DNA of 64,000 nucleotides from Rozella allomycis CSF55 (Eukaryota): NCBI GenBank assembly GCA_000442015.1, contig KE561200.1, positions 1 to 64,000 of the forward strand, read 5' to 3'. Shown piece by piece: positions 1 to 11,854 of this stretch (position 1 is its first letter; each line of letters starts with the position of its first letter). The notes under the pieces were generated by a model. It saw only the letters and a program-made list of their open reading frames with translations, ran no database searches and was not told where the DNA came from. The position numbers and the translations under genes were made by a program.

Positions 1-1690
1 TCATGAGCCTAAACTGTTTTAAACTAACTTTACTTACTTCGTCCATAATGATACAGCTATATTGATCAACATCAGGTTCTCTCAATAATTCTCTTAACAA
101 GACACCATCAGTCATGTATTTAATCAGTGTATTCTCTGATGTACAATCTTCAAATCTAATGGCATATCCAACCTTTGTTACGCGTTATAAATGATTACTT
201 CTTGTCCCAATTCACATCCAACTTCTTCGCTGACTCTTTTGGCTACAGACATTGCAGCCACTCTTCTAGGCTGTGTACATCCAACCTTTCCATAAACTGT
301 ATAGCCGTCTTCCATTAAATATTGAACCAACTGCGTTGTCTTTCCTGATCCAGTTTCACCAACCACAACCACGACTTGGTGTTCTCTAATAACCTTTAAC
401 AATTCATTTCTAACTGCAAAAGCTGGCAGATATTCTCTCTGTTCTTTAATACTCTTGGATTTTGCAAACGCACTAACAGCGTCTTGTTTCTCTTTTAAAT
501 GAGTGCTAAACTGCGCATCCTTTTTATAATCAACTTTGATGATATTATTCTTATTTCGTTACCTTCATCTTGCTCTTGTTTAACTTCAACTTGTTCATCT
601 TCTTTGATAACCCCAACTTGTTCTACTTTCCCTTCTAATTCTTTCATCAATCTAGCCTTTTCTTTTTCTTCTCTAATTCTCTTCACTGTGTCACTTCCCT
701 TTCTACTAAACACAGCCAAATCACTAGCAGCATCTTTAACCGGCAGAATGGCATCCATTTGCTTTGTAAAAACCTTTCAATTCAATTATTACAATCTTAC
801 TTGTTTTCCATCCAAAAATGGTGGTTTCAAATCATGAACCAAAATATGAACTCTGTTTTCATCATGATCTTCATCCACCGCATTCAAATCAATTTCCGTC
901 CTCTCAACAACTCCACTCTGCAACATTCTATTAGTTTCCCATCTCTCATTATCTTTATTATACATTTGCTGTCTCAAATTCATCCTCTTTCTCGGCTCCT
1001 TTTGCACCTTTTGCACCAAATCTTCAAACTGGGCAAACTATTTCAATTCAATCACAAAATTGTTACTGGATTATGATCAGCATCTTCAGCAGTGTGATCA
1101 TCCTCAGTATCATCATACCACGCTCTATCCAGCTGTTTCTGCTCTTGCTTCCATTTCCTATATAGCGGATCCTTTCCCAGTTTAAAATCTTCCTCTGTAT
1201 AATCCTCATCAATAACACTCTTCCCAGTCTCCCGAACATTCCCTCTATCATCCATCCTCGGCGTAGCATTCTCCCAACTCTGTCGCACAACAGTCGACCT
1301 ACTGGGACTCTTGCCACTAGCTCCAGTGCGCGCCGTACTGACTCTTCCGCTATGTCTCGAAACACTATTCATCTCCATCCTCCTCTTGACATTCGTACTG
1401 CCACGCACAATCCTCTCGCTCCTCTTCTCTTCTCTGTTTCCCTGCGCCAATTCAGCATTCGGCACGGCTTCTTCATTTGCATTTTCTGAATCCTCCCCCT
1501 TTTCAGACTCGCGCTTGGTAGTAAATACCATGGCACTGTCGTTTAATCGCTTCACTTCGCGCTGTCGAGCACGTTCAAGGGCTGCATCGTTCACACCGCC
1601 GGGCTCTGCGTTTGAAGTTTCAAATCTTTTTGTTTTTAATGGTTTTTTAAACTTTTGAGGGATTTTTGGTGCTTTTACCTTTTCGTTCAT
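1..1690 (-). CDS. PRP16: DEAH-box splicing helicase Prp16/DHX38, 5' part (multi-exon, runs off the left edge)
   Basis: [15 protein letters not shown] (motif I), [19 protein letters not shown] (Ia); Prp16-type N-terminal segments [34 protein letters not shown]. Confidence 0.92.
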
Positions 1691-1836
1691 TTCTGAAATT
1701 TCTCTTTTAAATGGAAATCATTTTGCAATATAAATTTATTTTCACATTTCAAATTTCATTATCCTATTTATTTCATTTTAATATCTCAATTCCAAATAAT
1801 CATGCGTGTCAATTCCCAAATTTCCCAAATTTCGTA

Positions 1837-4800
1837 ATGACAGTTGGTCGTATTGACAAAACCGCAACATGTGTCTGGTCGCCTCCAGACCAACGATGTG
1901 CATATTTAGCGATGGGCACAGTAGCCGGCGCATTTGATGCGACGTTTAGTACTGCCACCGAGCTAGAAATGTATCGCCTGAATGACGACCACCTTGAGCT
2001 AACGGGCAGTATATCAACAGCGTCTCGGTATGTGATTATCTCTAAAACAGTGTAGATTTTACCGTTTGAGCTGGAGTGGCCATGAGGGCGGTGTGATTGC
2101 TGGTGGGATGGACAATGGGTATGTGCGATTCTGGGATGCAAAGTCGCTGATGAGTGGGAGAGGGTAAGTGTTTTTGGTTGGGGGGATAGGACGATGATTA
2201 GCGAGAAGCAGGTGCACCAGGGGGATGTGAAGGGGTTGGATGTGAATCCGTTCCAGCCGCATGTGGTTGTGAGTGGAGGCAGCAATGCGAGTGTAGGATG
2301 ATATTGGGTGTTAAAGTAGATTTTGGTGTGGGATTTGAATAATTTGGACAAGCAAATGACGCCTGGCAGTACGAGTCAGAAGCTGGAGGATATAACGTAT
2401 TTGGAGTGGAATAAGCAGGTATGGGTGTTTAGATGGTTGGAAAGGTGCCGCATATTTTGGCGAGTGGATCTAATAATGGGTTTAGTGTGATTTGGGATTT
2501 GAAGAATAAGAGGGAAGTTATTCAGCTGGCTAATCCTACTGGCAGGAGAGCGATAACGGCGCTTGCATGGAATCCTAATAATGTAAGAAGGGTTAATTGT
2601 GGAGATGAAGGCTACTCAATTGTTGACAGCGTGTGATGATGACAATTCGCCAGTTATTTATTCGTGGGATTTGAGAAATGCGCATGCTCCAGAAAAGGTG
2701 CTTTCAGGGCATTCAAAGGGAGTTTTATCGCTTTCATGGTGTCCAAAAGGTATAATTATTAGCTTTCCATTGATAAAACTTTTCACGTGCTGAATCTTCT
2801 TCCATTCTATCNGGTATTCGCGCAATCCAGATTTGGTGAGTTGCTCTTCGTTTGATGGCAAAGTGGAGGTTTATTCGCTTCAAACGTTTATGAAGGGTGG
2901 CAATAGTAAAGAAGAGAGTGATCCATTTGCAGTGTCGAGTGAAGGAAGACTGAAGCAAACGCCACGATGGTTTAAGAGGCCGATTGGAGCGACGTTTAGT
3001 ATGAATGGCCAAATAGTTTTGTTTTCTAATAAAAACGTTAAAGTTGTGAATACGAATGTGAAGGATCCGATTGTTGAGAGAATAAAGAGACTGGAGGGGG
3101 TGTTGAAGACTAATGCGTATGTTTCGTATTGTGATGAGCATGTTGAAAAGGGCGATGAGTGGAAGTTTTTAAAGTTGATGTTTGAGAGAGATCCCAGGCA
3201 GAGATTGTTGAATGTTTTGGGGTTTGAAAAGAAGAAAGTTGAAAAGAAAGAGACTGAAGTGAAAGGGGGTGAAGGGGATGTGAATGAAGTGAAGCGAGTT
3301 GAAGGGGATGTGAATGGGAATGAAGAGAAACACAATGATATAGTCGCTCAAACGCAAGAGAAACACAATGATATAGTCGCTACTTCATTTGATAAATTGA
3401 ATTTGTTTGGAAATGAAATAGAGTTTGAAGCTCAGCCACAATTGCTAAAGAAGGTGAATGATAAACCATTTAAACTGTTTAAAGGTGATGGAGTAGAGGA
3501 TGAAATTACTCGATCAATAATAATGGGAGATTTGAGTGAGGCAGTTGAAGAATTGATAAGACAAGATAAATGGAGTGATGCATTGGTGTTGAGTGTGTGT
3601 TCAGGTGCAGATACGTTGATTGAGACACAAAAGAGATATTTTGAAAGATATTCAGAACAAACAAGCTACATGAGACTATTAAAGGCAGTTGTAGAAAAGA
3701 ACATGGAAGATGTGTTGGAGAATGTCCCATTGAAAGATTGGAAGGATATTCTAGCAGTTTTATCAACGTTTAGTAGCTATGAAGAATATTCAGAAAGTGT
3801 TTGTAAACTAGCAGAAAGATTGGAAGGCAAGGGGATGATAGAGCCAAGTATAATTTGTTATTTATTAGCATCAAATATTGAAAAAGTGACAGAGTTGTGG
3901 TTGAAGAAGCCAATTAAAGAAGAGAATAGAATAGAATGGATAATCAATCTAATTGAAAAGTTGAGTATTTATAGAGCAGCGTTGGATTCAACTGAAGATT
4001 CATTGAAAAGTATTCATAATATTATTGTTGAATTTTGTTTATTTTTGATTGAAAATGGTTTGAGTGGCACTGCGCTGTCTTATTTGTCTTGGTTGGATCA
4101 GAATGAAGAGAGAGTGCAAGTTTTAAATGATTTGTTGAATCACAATCCAAATAGTTTTCCATTCAATCGTTTTGATATTCAATCTCAGCCAAAGAATATT
4201 CAAAGTCAAAGTGTTTCAAATCAAAGTGTGCCTAGTCAAAGTCAGTATAATAGATACAGTGCGAGTGCAACTAGTGCAGCAACAGCAGTTTACAGTGGTA
4301 CTCAACAAGGTTATAATCAATCTCAATCTGGTTATAGTCAATCTCAATCTGGTTATAATCAATCTCAATCTGGTTATAGTCAATCTCAATCTGGTTATAG
4401 TCAATCTCAACAGGCGTACAATCAGGCTCAACAGGCGTACAATCAGGGTCAACAGGCGTATAGTCAAGTCCAACCAGCGTATAGTCAGCAGCAACAAGCA
4501 TATCAATCTACTTATAACCAACCACAATACAGTCAGTCTCAACCAGCGTATCAATCTAATCAATATCAATCAGCTCCATTGAATAATTCATATTATCCAA
4601 ATAATAATTATCAACAACCAATCAATCAATTTGCTACTCCTTCAGTGCCGCTAACTGTTCCACTGCCTTCTGTTCCAGCTCCACCGCCAGTTACTTCAAA
4701 TCAACCTACAAATAGACCTTCATCTTCAAGTAGAAAAGTATTTCTTTGTTTCTCTTTTAATGTTAGATATCTGAAGGTTACAATGATCCACCTGTTCTTC

Positions 4801-5505
4801 AACAACGAAATAATCCACCTCCAGCTAAAGCGCCTCTTGTTCCGTCAATTTACGCTCAACAAAAAGCTTCAAGTATTTCTATTAGAGTTATTTAATTTAG
4901 TGTCAAATCCACCAATGAGTGCGCCATCTAATTCAATTCCTCAAATGGGTTCTTTGCCCCACACTGCTTACATGAACCCTCCTGTTGCAAACGTTCAAAG
5001 TCAATATTCAAGTGGTCAAAGTCAATCGCAATATTCAAATGGACAAAGTCAATCGCAATATTCCAATGTTCAACCACCTGAACAAACTCAAAATCAATCA
5101 ACTCAAAAACCAGCTCAGCCACCAATCCAAGAAAAGAAAAAGAATCCACCAGGCGACAGAAGTCACATTCCGCCATCTCACATGCCAATCATGAACTCTC
5201 TATTAAATCTCCTCTCTCTATCAAAACAAAAAGCATCGCCCCAGCACAAGAGAATGATCGATGATTCTGAAAAGCGCATTAATATATTCTTGGACTCTCT
5301 AAACAATGAAGCGGTCTCTGAAAAGGCTATTTCTGGCCTATTTGATCTGTCCAAAGGTAATTTTATTCACTTGGTTTGATTAGCTTTGGATGCGGGTGAT
5401 TTTAATGCGGCTGCGAATGCGCATGGAGTGCTGATGAACTCTTGCTTTAATGAGACGGGGAATTTGTTGATGGGTGTGAAGAGGCTATTGGATATCGTTA
5501 AATAA
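1837..5505 (+). CDS. SEC31: COPII outer coat protein Sec31 (multi-exon)
   Basis: N-terminal WD40 with [31 protein letters not shown] and [20 protein letters not shown]; alpha-solenoid; Q/S/P-rich linker; C-terminal [15 protein letters not shown]; stop TAA 5503-5505. Confidence 0.95.
4309..4500 (+). repeat. 21-nt coding tandem repeat in SEC31 (GY[N/S]QSQS, then AYNQAQQ variants)
   Basis: GGTTATA(A/G)TCAATCTCAATCT repeated about 4 times from 4309, followed by degenerate CAACAGGCGTACAATCAGG units. Confidence 0.9.
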
Positions 5506-5973
5506 ATTGCTTTTCGTCAATTTTATTTTTAAATGATTATAGATTATAGAAGATTATAATTCTTTAATGTCAAGGAAAAAATATTGGGTAAAGTGGCTAC
5601 TGGTTATTACCGTTTTACAAGCGATTCTGAAAACAGTTCCTGTCAAGAAAAGTTTCATCTCTCTCATTGCAGGCATTGGATATCCTACTTTTAATACGTT
5701 CTTGATTCAAAAGGATTTAGGTAGTTGAAGTCAGTTGAAATGACATAAAACAAGATATGTAAGTTTCGTAACTTGGAGTCGGGAAATCTTCAAGCCTATG
5801 CCGGGTAGATTATTTTAATTTCCCCGCACCACTGACGACATCCCCCGCAGTCCCGCACTATTAATAAAATTGAAGACTTGTCATAAAATGGCCATCTACA
5901 AAATTTTGTGGCTGTCAATAAACGTGCCATTTTGACCCTTGTTTCTAATTTTAAATTTTGGCGGAGCCGAAAA

Positions 5974-7221
5974 ATGTTCTATTTTCTATTTTTCGCCTCT
6001 GTGATCTTATCCGGTCCAGTAGAACAGCCGGATCTAAATCTACTTTCGATCCTCGATGTTGATTCATTTTCTCCTGCATCTTTTTCCAACGTTAAGAATG
6101 CAGAGATCAGATCCAAATTTGACTTGGATATGGAAGAAATCTCTTTGCCACTGAACGAAAGGCTTGTTCGCAATAGAAAATTGGTTGAACTTTTAGATCT
6201 GAGGGTCACTCCGCATGAATCGTCGGAAGATCTTCTTTCAAATATCGACATTGAGAACTTTGGTATAGATTGTCGGTACCAATCAAATGGCAAAGCTTGC
6301 GTTTTAGAGGGTATCCAAAAAATCAATCTTAAAAGTGAACAAGACTTGATTAAGAAAGTATCTAAAGTCGATGACAGGGATGCACGAAATATGGCTTTGA
6401 GAGTGCAGCAACGTAAAGAAGTACTTCGAAAAAGATTGAACAACATTTCCATGGAAAAATTTCCGTCTACTCACTCGCGTGACGAAACTATCCTTGAAAT
6501 TAGAAAGACTCCAAAGTTGGAAAAAATAATAGATGAATATGTTGATGTAGCACATCACCTAATGAAAGGCCTACTTAGCGTTGCCGCTAATCAAATCAGC
6601 ATGTCAAATTTAATAAAGGCTTACAGATCAAATAGAAGAAGTCCCCTTTCGTACAGGTTTTCTTTTGGCGCCGACGAATTGATAATGTTCAATAATGCCA
6701 TTCTTGCTAATAGAATAAAGAATGATCAAATCGTCTACCGTCAATTGAATTATCAGTCATCTAATGATAGAGCACACATGGATTTTACAAAATACACATT
6801 GGTCGGAGCAGTCATTCCAGTATTGTCTTTTACTTCGACGGCGTATACTAGATATGCTAAAGATATTAAATCTGGCTATAGAGCTTCTATATTTGACGGG
6901 ATTGTGTTAGAAATACTGCTTCCAAAAGGGTTTCCGGGGCTCAATTACGGAAATGGAAAGCTTGCAAAGGAATGGTGTCGACATGATTTTGATGAAAAGG
7001 AAGTGCTTTTACCATTCACCTTGGATGAAACCGGAAAGACGCTTAATTATGGATTTAAAGTCTTGCGAGTTAGGGAGGAAGAGAAACAGGGGCTTAAACA
7101 ATTTGTGTCAACTGTTGCGCCTGTTCTATTGAAAAAGCCGATTACTCTTAACTGGAAGAAAATTGACCCATCTGCTGGTGACATGGATGGTGAGATTATA
7201 GCGGATCCTCGAATTATATAG
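5974..7221 (+). CDS. Secreted ADP-ribosyltransferase, VIP2/iota/C3-like (R-S-E, ARTC clade), 415 aa, intronless
   Basis: Signal-peptide-like MFYFLFFASVILSG; catalytic motifs QIVYRQ (R256), SFTSTAY (S288), VLEILLPKG, DEKEVLLP (E341-x-E343) and FKVLRV in the VIP2 order. Confidence 0.8.
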   Translation: MFYFLFFASVILSGPVEQPDLNLLSILDVDSFSPASFSNVKNAEIRSKFDLDMEEISLPLNERLVRNRKLVELLDLRVTPHESSEDLLSNIDIENFGIDCRYQSNGKACVLEGIQKINLKSEQDLIKKVSKVDDRDARNMALRVQQRKEVLRKRLNNISMEKFPSTHSRDETILEIRKTPKLEKIIDEYVDVAHHLMKGLLSVAANQISMSNLIKAYRSNRRSPLSYRFSFGADELIMFNNAILANRIKNDQIVYRQLNYQSSNDRAHMDFTKYTLVGAVIPVLSFTSTAYTRYAKDIKSGYRASIFDGIVLEILLPKGFPGLNYGNGKLAKEWCRHDFDEKEVLLPFTLDETGKTLNYGFKVLRVREEEKQGLKQFVSTVAPVLLKKPITLNWKKIDPSAGDMDGEIIADPRII

Positions 7222-7279
7222 AATAAATAGATTAAATACAAGTTATGTCCAAAAAGAATCTTTAATTTATTCTATATTT

Positions 7280-8705
7280 TTATTTAAATGCTGCATGACC
7301 TTTTTCTCTTAGATGATTGAAGAGAGCATTTCTAGTTTGGAAGGATTCTTTACAGGTTTTGCAAGTATTTTCATTCTTTTTCTTTTTCTTTTTTTGTTTC
7401 TTGTTAATTTTAATATTTTCAATAGATTCTGAAAGATTTTGAATAACCTTTTCATCCTCACAAGAATTTGCCCTCTCCTCAGATTGCAGGGGTGAATTTT
7501 CAACTTCTTCTTGATCTTCTAATTTCTCTTCTTGATGAAAAGTATCCATGGGCTCAATTTCATCTATCTGCGAACCCCTGTGGCTTAAATCATTCTCTAC
7601 AATATCTGCCTTGCTTTCAACGGATTCAACATCTGCCTGTTCCTTGTCAAAATACATTAAATCATCTTCTTCCATCATCTTTTTTAATTCATTTAATTGC
7701 TTCAAATGCTTTTTTGAACTTTCATGATTTTTTAATTGTTTTAACGTTCGAAATTCTTTATCGCAAACAACGCATTCAAAAACATCTTCATCTTCTTCTT
7801 CAGCAGTCAAAAAATACTCTTCTTCATCCACTTTGGCCCAATCTTGCTCTTCAAAGATAATTTCTCGTTCCTTTTGCTTTTGCTGTTCCAATCTCTCCTT
7901 TTGCCTTTCCTTCTTTTCATTCTCTTCGATTTCTTTCTGCTTCATGTATTCTTGATACCTCGGATCTCGTTTGCGTACAAAGTCGACTAAATTCTTTAAT
8001 ATCAAATAATCCCCTTTACCCGAATAGTCTCTGAATATTCCCTTTTGGCTGTCTCTCGAATCTTTTTATTTTCTTTTTCCATCAGCCTTCTAACTTGTCT
8101 ATTGGGTGCCTATTTTTCTATTTTAATTTCATTTACATCTGAGAGTCGATATTTATCCAAGTGCATAAAACTTCGCCTTGTACTAAACCCTGACCACCTT
8201 TCGTAAAATTCTTTCAACAAGGGAACAAAGCTTGAATTTGCATTACCAAAATAGGTTTCATTGAACCTTTCTTCACTTTCCTGCATCTCCAATCGTTCCA
8301 ATTGTTCAAACAAATTTCTATACACTGTATAAAATCCCTTTTAAACAAGACTTAAGAAAATAATTACTTTCTTTGAATCATCAAATCCTGAATATGCTGT
8401 TGTACTGAAATACGGCATCACATTCACTTCTTGCGCTGACTGTGAGCCATAAAGAATTTCTTCCCGATGTCTGTCATACCAAGCTCTTTCCTTGGGATCA
8501 GATAAAACTTGATATGCACTCTGTATCTGTGCAAATATTTCAGTCATTTCATCTATATTGTCAGGGTTCTTGTCTTTATTGCGTAAACGCTACTGTTCTT
8601 ACCAGGATGACATTGTAGAGCTTTCAGTCGATAGGCCTTTTTAATATCAGAATCAGACGCTGTCTTATCTATTCCTAGCAATTCATAATAACACTTTGGG
8701 GTCAT
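7280..8705 (-). CDS. JJJ1: J-domain and C2H2 zinc-finger co-chaperone Jjj1/DNAJC21
   Basis: CYYELLGI...[14 protein letters not shown](D), [30 protein letters not shown], two zinc fingers ([33 protein letters not shown]). Confidence 0.93.
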
Positions 8706-8831
8706 GGAGATAATTTTTGTAAAAAAATAGATTTGGAAATTTACAAATGTCAAAACTATCGGTTTATTTCACTCTAGTTCAAGGCTAAGGATAGAAATAT
8801 TCTAAATGCTCGATTTTATGCCTTATAATGA

Positions 8832-9644
8832 TTACACTTTATTTGTTGTTGCACTCTTCCCCGTATTTGATGACAAAGGGTTGTTCATCGTGGATTTCAC
8901 ATTCGATGCATTTGAAGAGTTTCTGTTGTACATGTCTGCAAAGTTTTCAACAAATGCAATAGAATTGTGAGAAAGAATAAGACATGGGGTCAAATAGAAT
9001 GTGCCTGATAATGTCACCAATGCAACGATTGTGAATATCCAAACAATTTGAACTAAAAGATTCGCAAAATTAACTGTAGTGAGTAGATTAGAGATACGTT
9101 CATTTTTAAATTGCTTTGCTTGGCGATACATCTTCAATGTGAACAGAAAGGTTCCCAATATGATATTTTCCAATACAAGAACAAGAGAAAGATAAGAAAG
9201 AGCACTTGAGTATTTTGGAGGCAGAACTGGTGAAACTATGCAGTCGTTTACGCCAACAGCCATCCATATAATTGCAAAGATGCAATTCGAAACAATAGTA
9301 AGTTTAGAGTATCGCGATCTTTTGATTGGATCAATGATGACGCTAAAATACTTCAATACTGACAGCAAAGTATTACAAGTGGCAGCCAAAACGCTCAGTA
9401 CCACAAATGCAGCGTAAATGGTTCTGTTAGTAACGAGAGCTTCATTCAACACCAAATGTAAAAAGAGGAACGTGTAGCAAGAAAACACTGTTACGAATAA
9501 TAAAGCTATCCAGTGCCTATATGATTTTACTTTGTAGACGAATGTATCCGTATATACTCTATACAGTATGAATACAATGTTAAATGAGATAAAGCATAGC
9601 CCCATTCCTAAAAGAATGTAAATTTGTCCCGGTTGATTAAGCAT
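8832..9644 (-). CDS. Orphan 7-transmembrane (GPCR-like topology) protein, copy A, intronless
   Basis: 270 aa from ATG 9644; seven hydrophobic segments; S/N/T-rich tail; colinear paralog at 22187-22999. Confidence 0.75.
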   Translation of the reverse strand: MLNQPGQIYILLGMGLCFISFNIVFILYRVYTDTFVYKVKSYRHWIALLFVTVFSCYTFLFLHLVLNEALVTNRTIYAAFVVLSVLAATCNTLLSVLKYFSVIIDPIKRSRYSKLTIVSNCIFAIIWMAVGVNDCIVSPVLPPKYSSALSYLSLVLVLENIILGTFLFTLKMYRQAKQFKNERISNLLTTVNFANLLVQIVWIFTIVALVTLSGTFYLTPCLILSHNSIAFVENFADMYNRNSSNASNVKSTMNNPLSSNTGKSATTNKV

Positions 9645-10064
9645 TCTTTTGTGACCTGTCAACCGGATGTTCGGGAATTACCTATTCATATACGCCCGAG
9701 GGACCTAAAATTAGCAACTGATTTATGTTCTAAAATATGATCATTGAAATTTTTTTTTAATTAGTAAAAAAATTTATTTAAGTAATAATAGAGAAATCTA
9801 ATTTATTTTTCTTCGACAGTTTAGTCTTTCTAATTAACGTAATGTATTTAAAAAGACAAATAATCCACATGAAAAGGAGCCCTGGTGCGTATAATAAAAT
9901 CAGGTTAAAATTATTATCAGGATAATTGTTAATAGAATCTTAAGATACATAATTAGAAGGGGAAAAAATTGGAAGAATTTTTACGGAAACTCCGCGCGCA
10001 AGTAAAAATAAATAACAGTTATAAAAAGCTATTAAATAGAAAAAGAGTAAATTAATTAATTCAA

Positions 10065-10943
10065 CTATAGCCAAATTTCTAAAGGTCGTGTTGTCTTTAC
10101 TAAGGGGATTCCAGTAAATCTAAATTCTTCGTGCAAATGAACGATAGATTCCTTATATTCCATAGCGTTATTTTTCATCAAAATTACTGATTCTTCATCT
10201 GTTTTATTCCCGAGAATAATGAATTTATCGATATATCCATGAAAACCATACCACCCACAATGATCCTTTGAAGGCTTTTTCGGAGCACCAATTTCACTAT
10301 CCCAATATAAATCCGTACCACTAATACAGCCAGTTCCAATCTGAAAATCATGCGCCTCATAAAAATAATATTCAGAATCCAAAATTGGCCTCGATATAGT
10401 TCGAACAAGCTGTCCATCAATAAACACCTTTTCATAGTCATAGTCAAAGGACAACACCAGATGATACCATCTATTAGGCTTCACAATTACATTTGTCAGA
10501 CCGTCATCAGTCGCTGAACAGAATAGGTGACCGTTTGGACCTACGCTTATCATTTGCCGATGGAAATGTGGCCAGGAATTTGAGCTAGCGGGTATACTCT
10601 GTGCTCCAAGTATTATACCGCCAAAAGGACGACCTTCATCAGCTGGTAAACATGCGAAAATCACCTCAACACTGAACTCATCAGTGGAACGCACGTCCCA
10701 TTCAACCTGCACAGAAGAGCCTTTGGGATTTTTACTTCTATCGAAATATGGAGTTCTGGCTTCTATATAGTCATTAAGTGTTTTTTGAGGGCCCATCTTC
10801 TTTGCCCAAATTTCATCCGATTTAAATGTGTTGTAAAAGAATGAGGAAGTTTGTGCCAGGGTAATCAGGTCCCAACCAGGCAGGAAATGTGCAATTTTTA
10901 AGATTATTTCAATGGGGAGTGAAATCAAGTATTTCGATGTCAT
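10065..10943 (-). CDS. F-box plus concanavalin-A/LamG-like jelly-roll protein, intronless
   Basis: F-box LISLPIEIILKIAHFLPGWDLITLAQTSSFFY...W; LamG-type motifs PNRWYHLVLSFD, VFIDGQLV, FQIGTG, GFHGYIDKF. Confidence 0.8.
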   Translation of the reverse strand: MTSKYLISLPIEIILKIAHFLPGWDLITLAQTSSFFYNTFKSDEIWAKKMGPQKTLNDYIEARTPYFDRSKNPKGSSVQVEWDVRSTDEFSVEVIFACLPADEGRPFGGIILGAQSIPASSNSWPHFHRQMISVGPNGHLFCSATDDGLTNVIVKPNRWYHLVLSFDYDYEKVFIDGQLVRTISRPILDSEYYFYEAHDFQIGTGCISGTDLYWDSEIGAPKKPSKDHCGWYGFHGYIDKFIILGNKTDEESVILMKNNAMEYKESIVHLHEEFRFTGIPLVKTTRPLEIWL

Positions 10944-11854
10944 GATAGATAGTTGCTGTGCCACAAGAAGTCTTTGGAGATTGATTGCCACGTTCGTTTC
11001 GATATTAATCTATTATGTACTATGTACATTAGATACTCCATGTGTGATACTTTTAGGGGATTCCGAAGAATCGTCATCCATTCCTTCAGTTGATTCCACA
11101 ATAAAAAAGGGAAAATAACAAAACGCTGCTGTCACACTTTTCATGCCATTTCTTAAGTTTTTGATCGCGAGTGAGCCGCCATCCTCTTCCACTTTTAGTA
11201 AAGATGTCTTCAACAAAAGGACTAAAAAGCGGCCACGCGCCACTCAATCCCTGGTAAACATAACAAGATCATGAATCCTTTCGTCAGCGCGTAGCAGTGT
11301 AGCACATCAACGGCCGTGCACATTTTCCGAAAGAATAATATTGGTGTTAACTTTACAAGGAATTGGGATTATAGAGGATAGCAAATGTTTGAATATACCT
11401 AGAAATGTGGCAAGTACATGACGATGCTGTATGTGGAATATTCAATCGAATTTAAACCTTTGACATTGTTCAAACAAACATAATTTGCTCAAAACAATAT
11501 TGCAATCAATCGTCATTTAGTTTTAATTAAAATTTAGAAACCAATTTTAGTTGACCGAATTACAAAGTAACGCAAGCTATGATCAAATCATCAAATACAT
11601 TTTAGACAAAATTTACGGTTAATCGCGCAAAAGAATTTAATGAAATGATATTAAGGCGTTTGACAAGAATTGTCGAGGAGTACCAAAGGTTTGAAAATGA
11701 GAACGTTGAAATAGGAACATTTTTTTGTTCCACTTATTTGTGAATTGTTACGTAAAGAAATCATTGACGAGATCCAACAACCTCCAATTGTTAATAAAAC
11801 AAGGGATCAATTGAGCGCGAAACGAAAGATCAGTCATTAATGAAAAATTTGTTC

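Noticed and set aside
4172..4582. Repetitive alternative-frame ORFs (NLNLVIV, RLTITRL, EIDYNQI)
   Set aside because: Shadow frames of the SEC31 21-nt coding repeat; not CRISPR because there are no unique spacers.
5908..5973. GTG start for the ART ORF
   Set aside because: Eukaryotic context; ATG 5974 places the signal peptide at the N-terminus.
11330..11850. Possible MULE transposase remnant
   Set aside because: Only a vague resemblance with many stops, and no DDE motif or terminal repeats that I could confirm.
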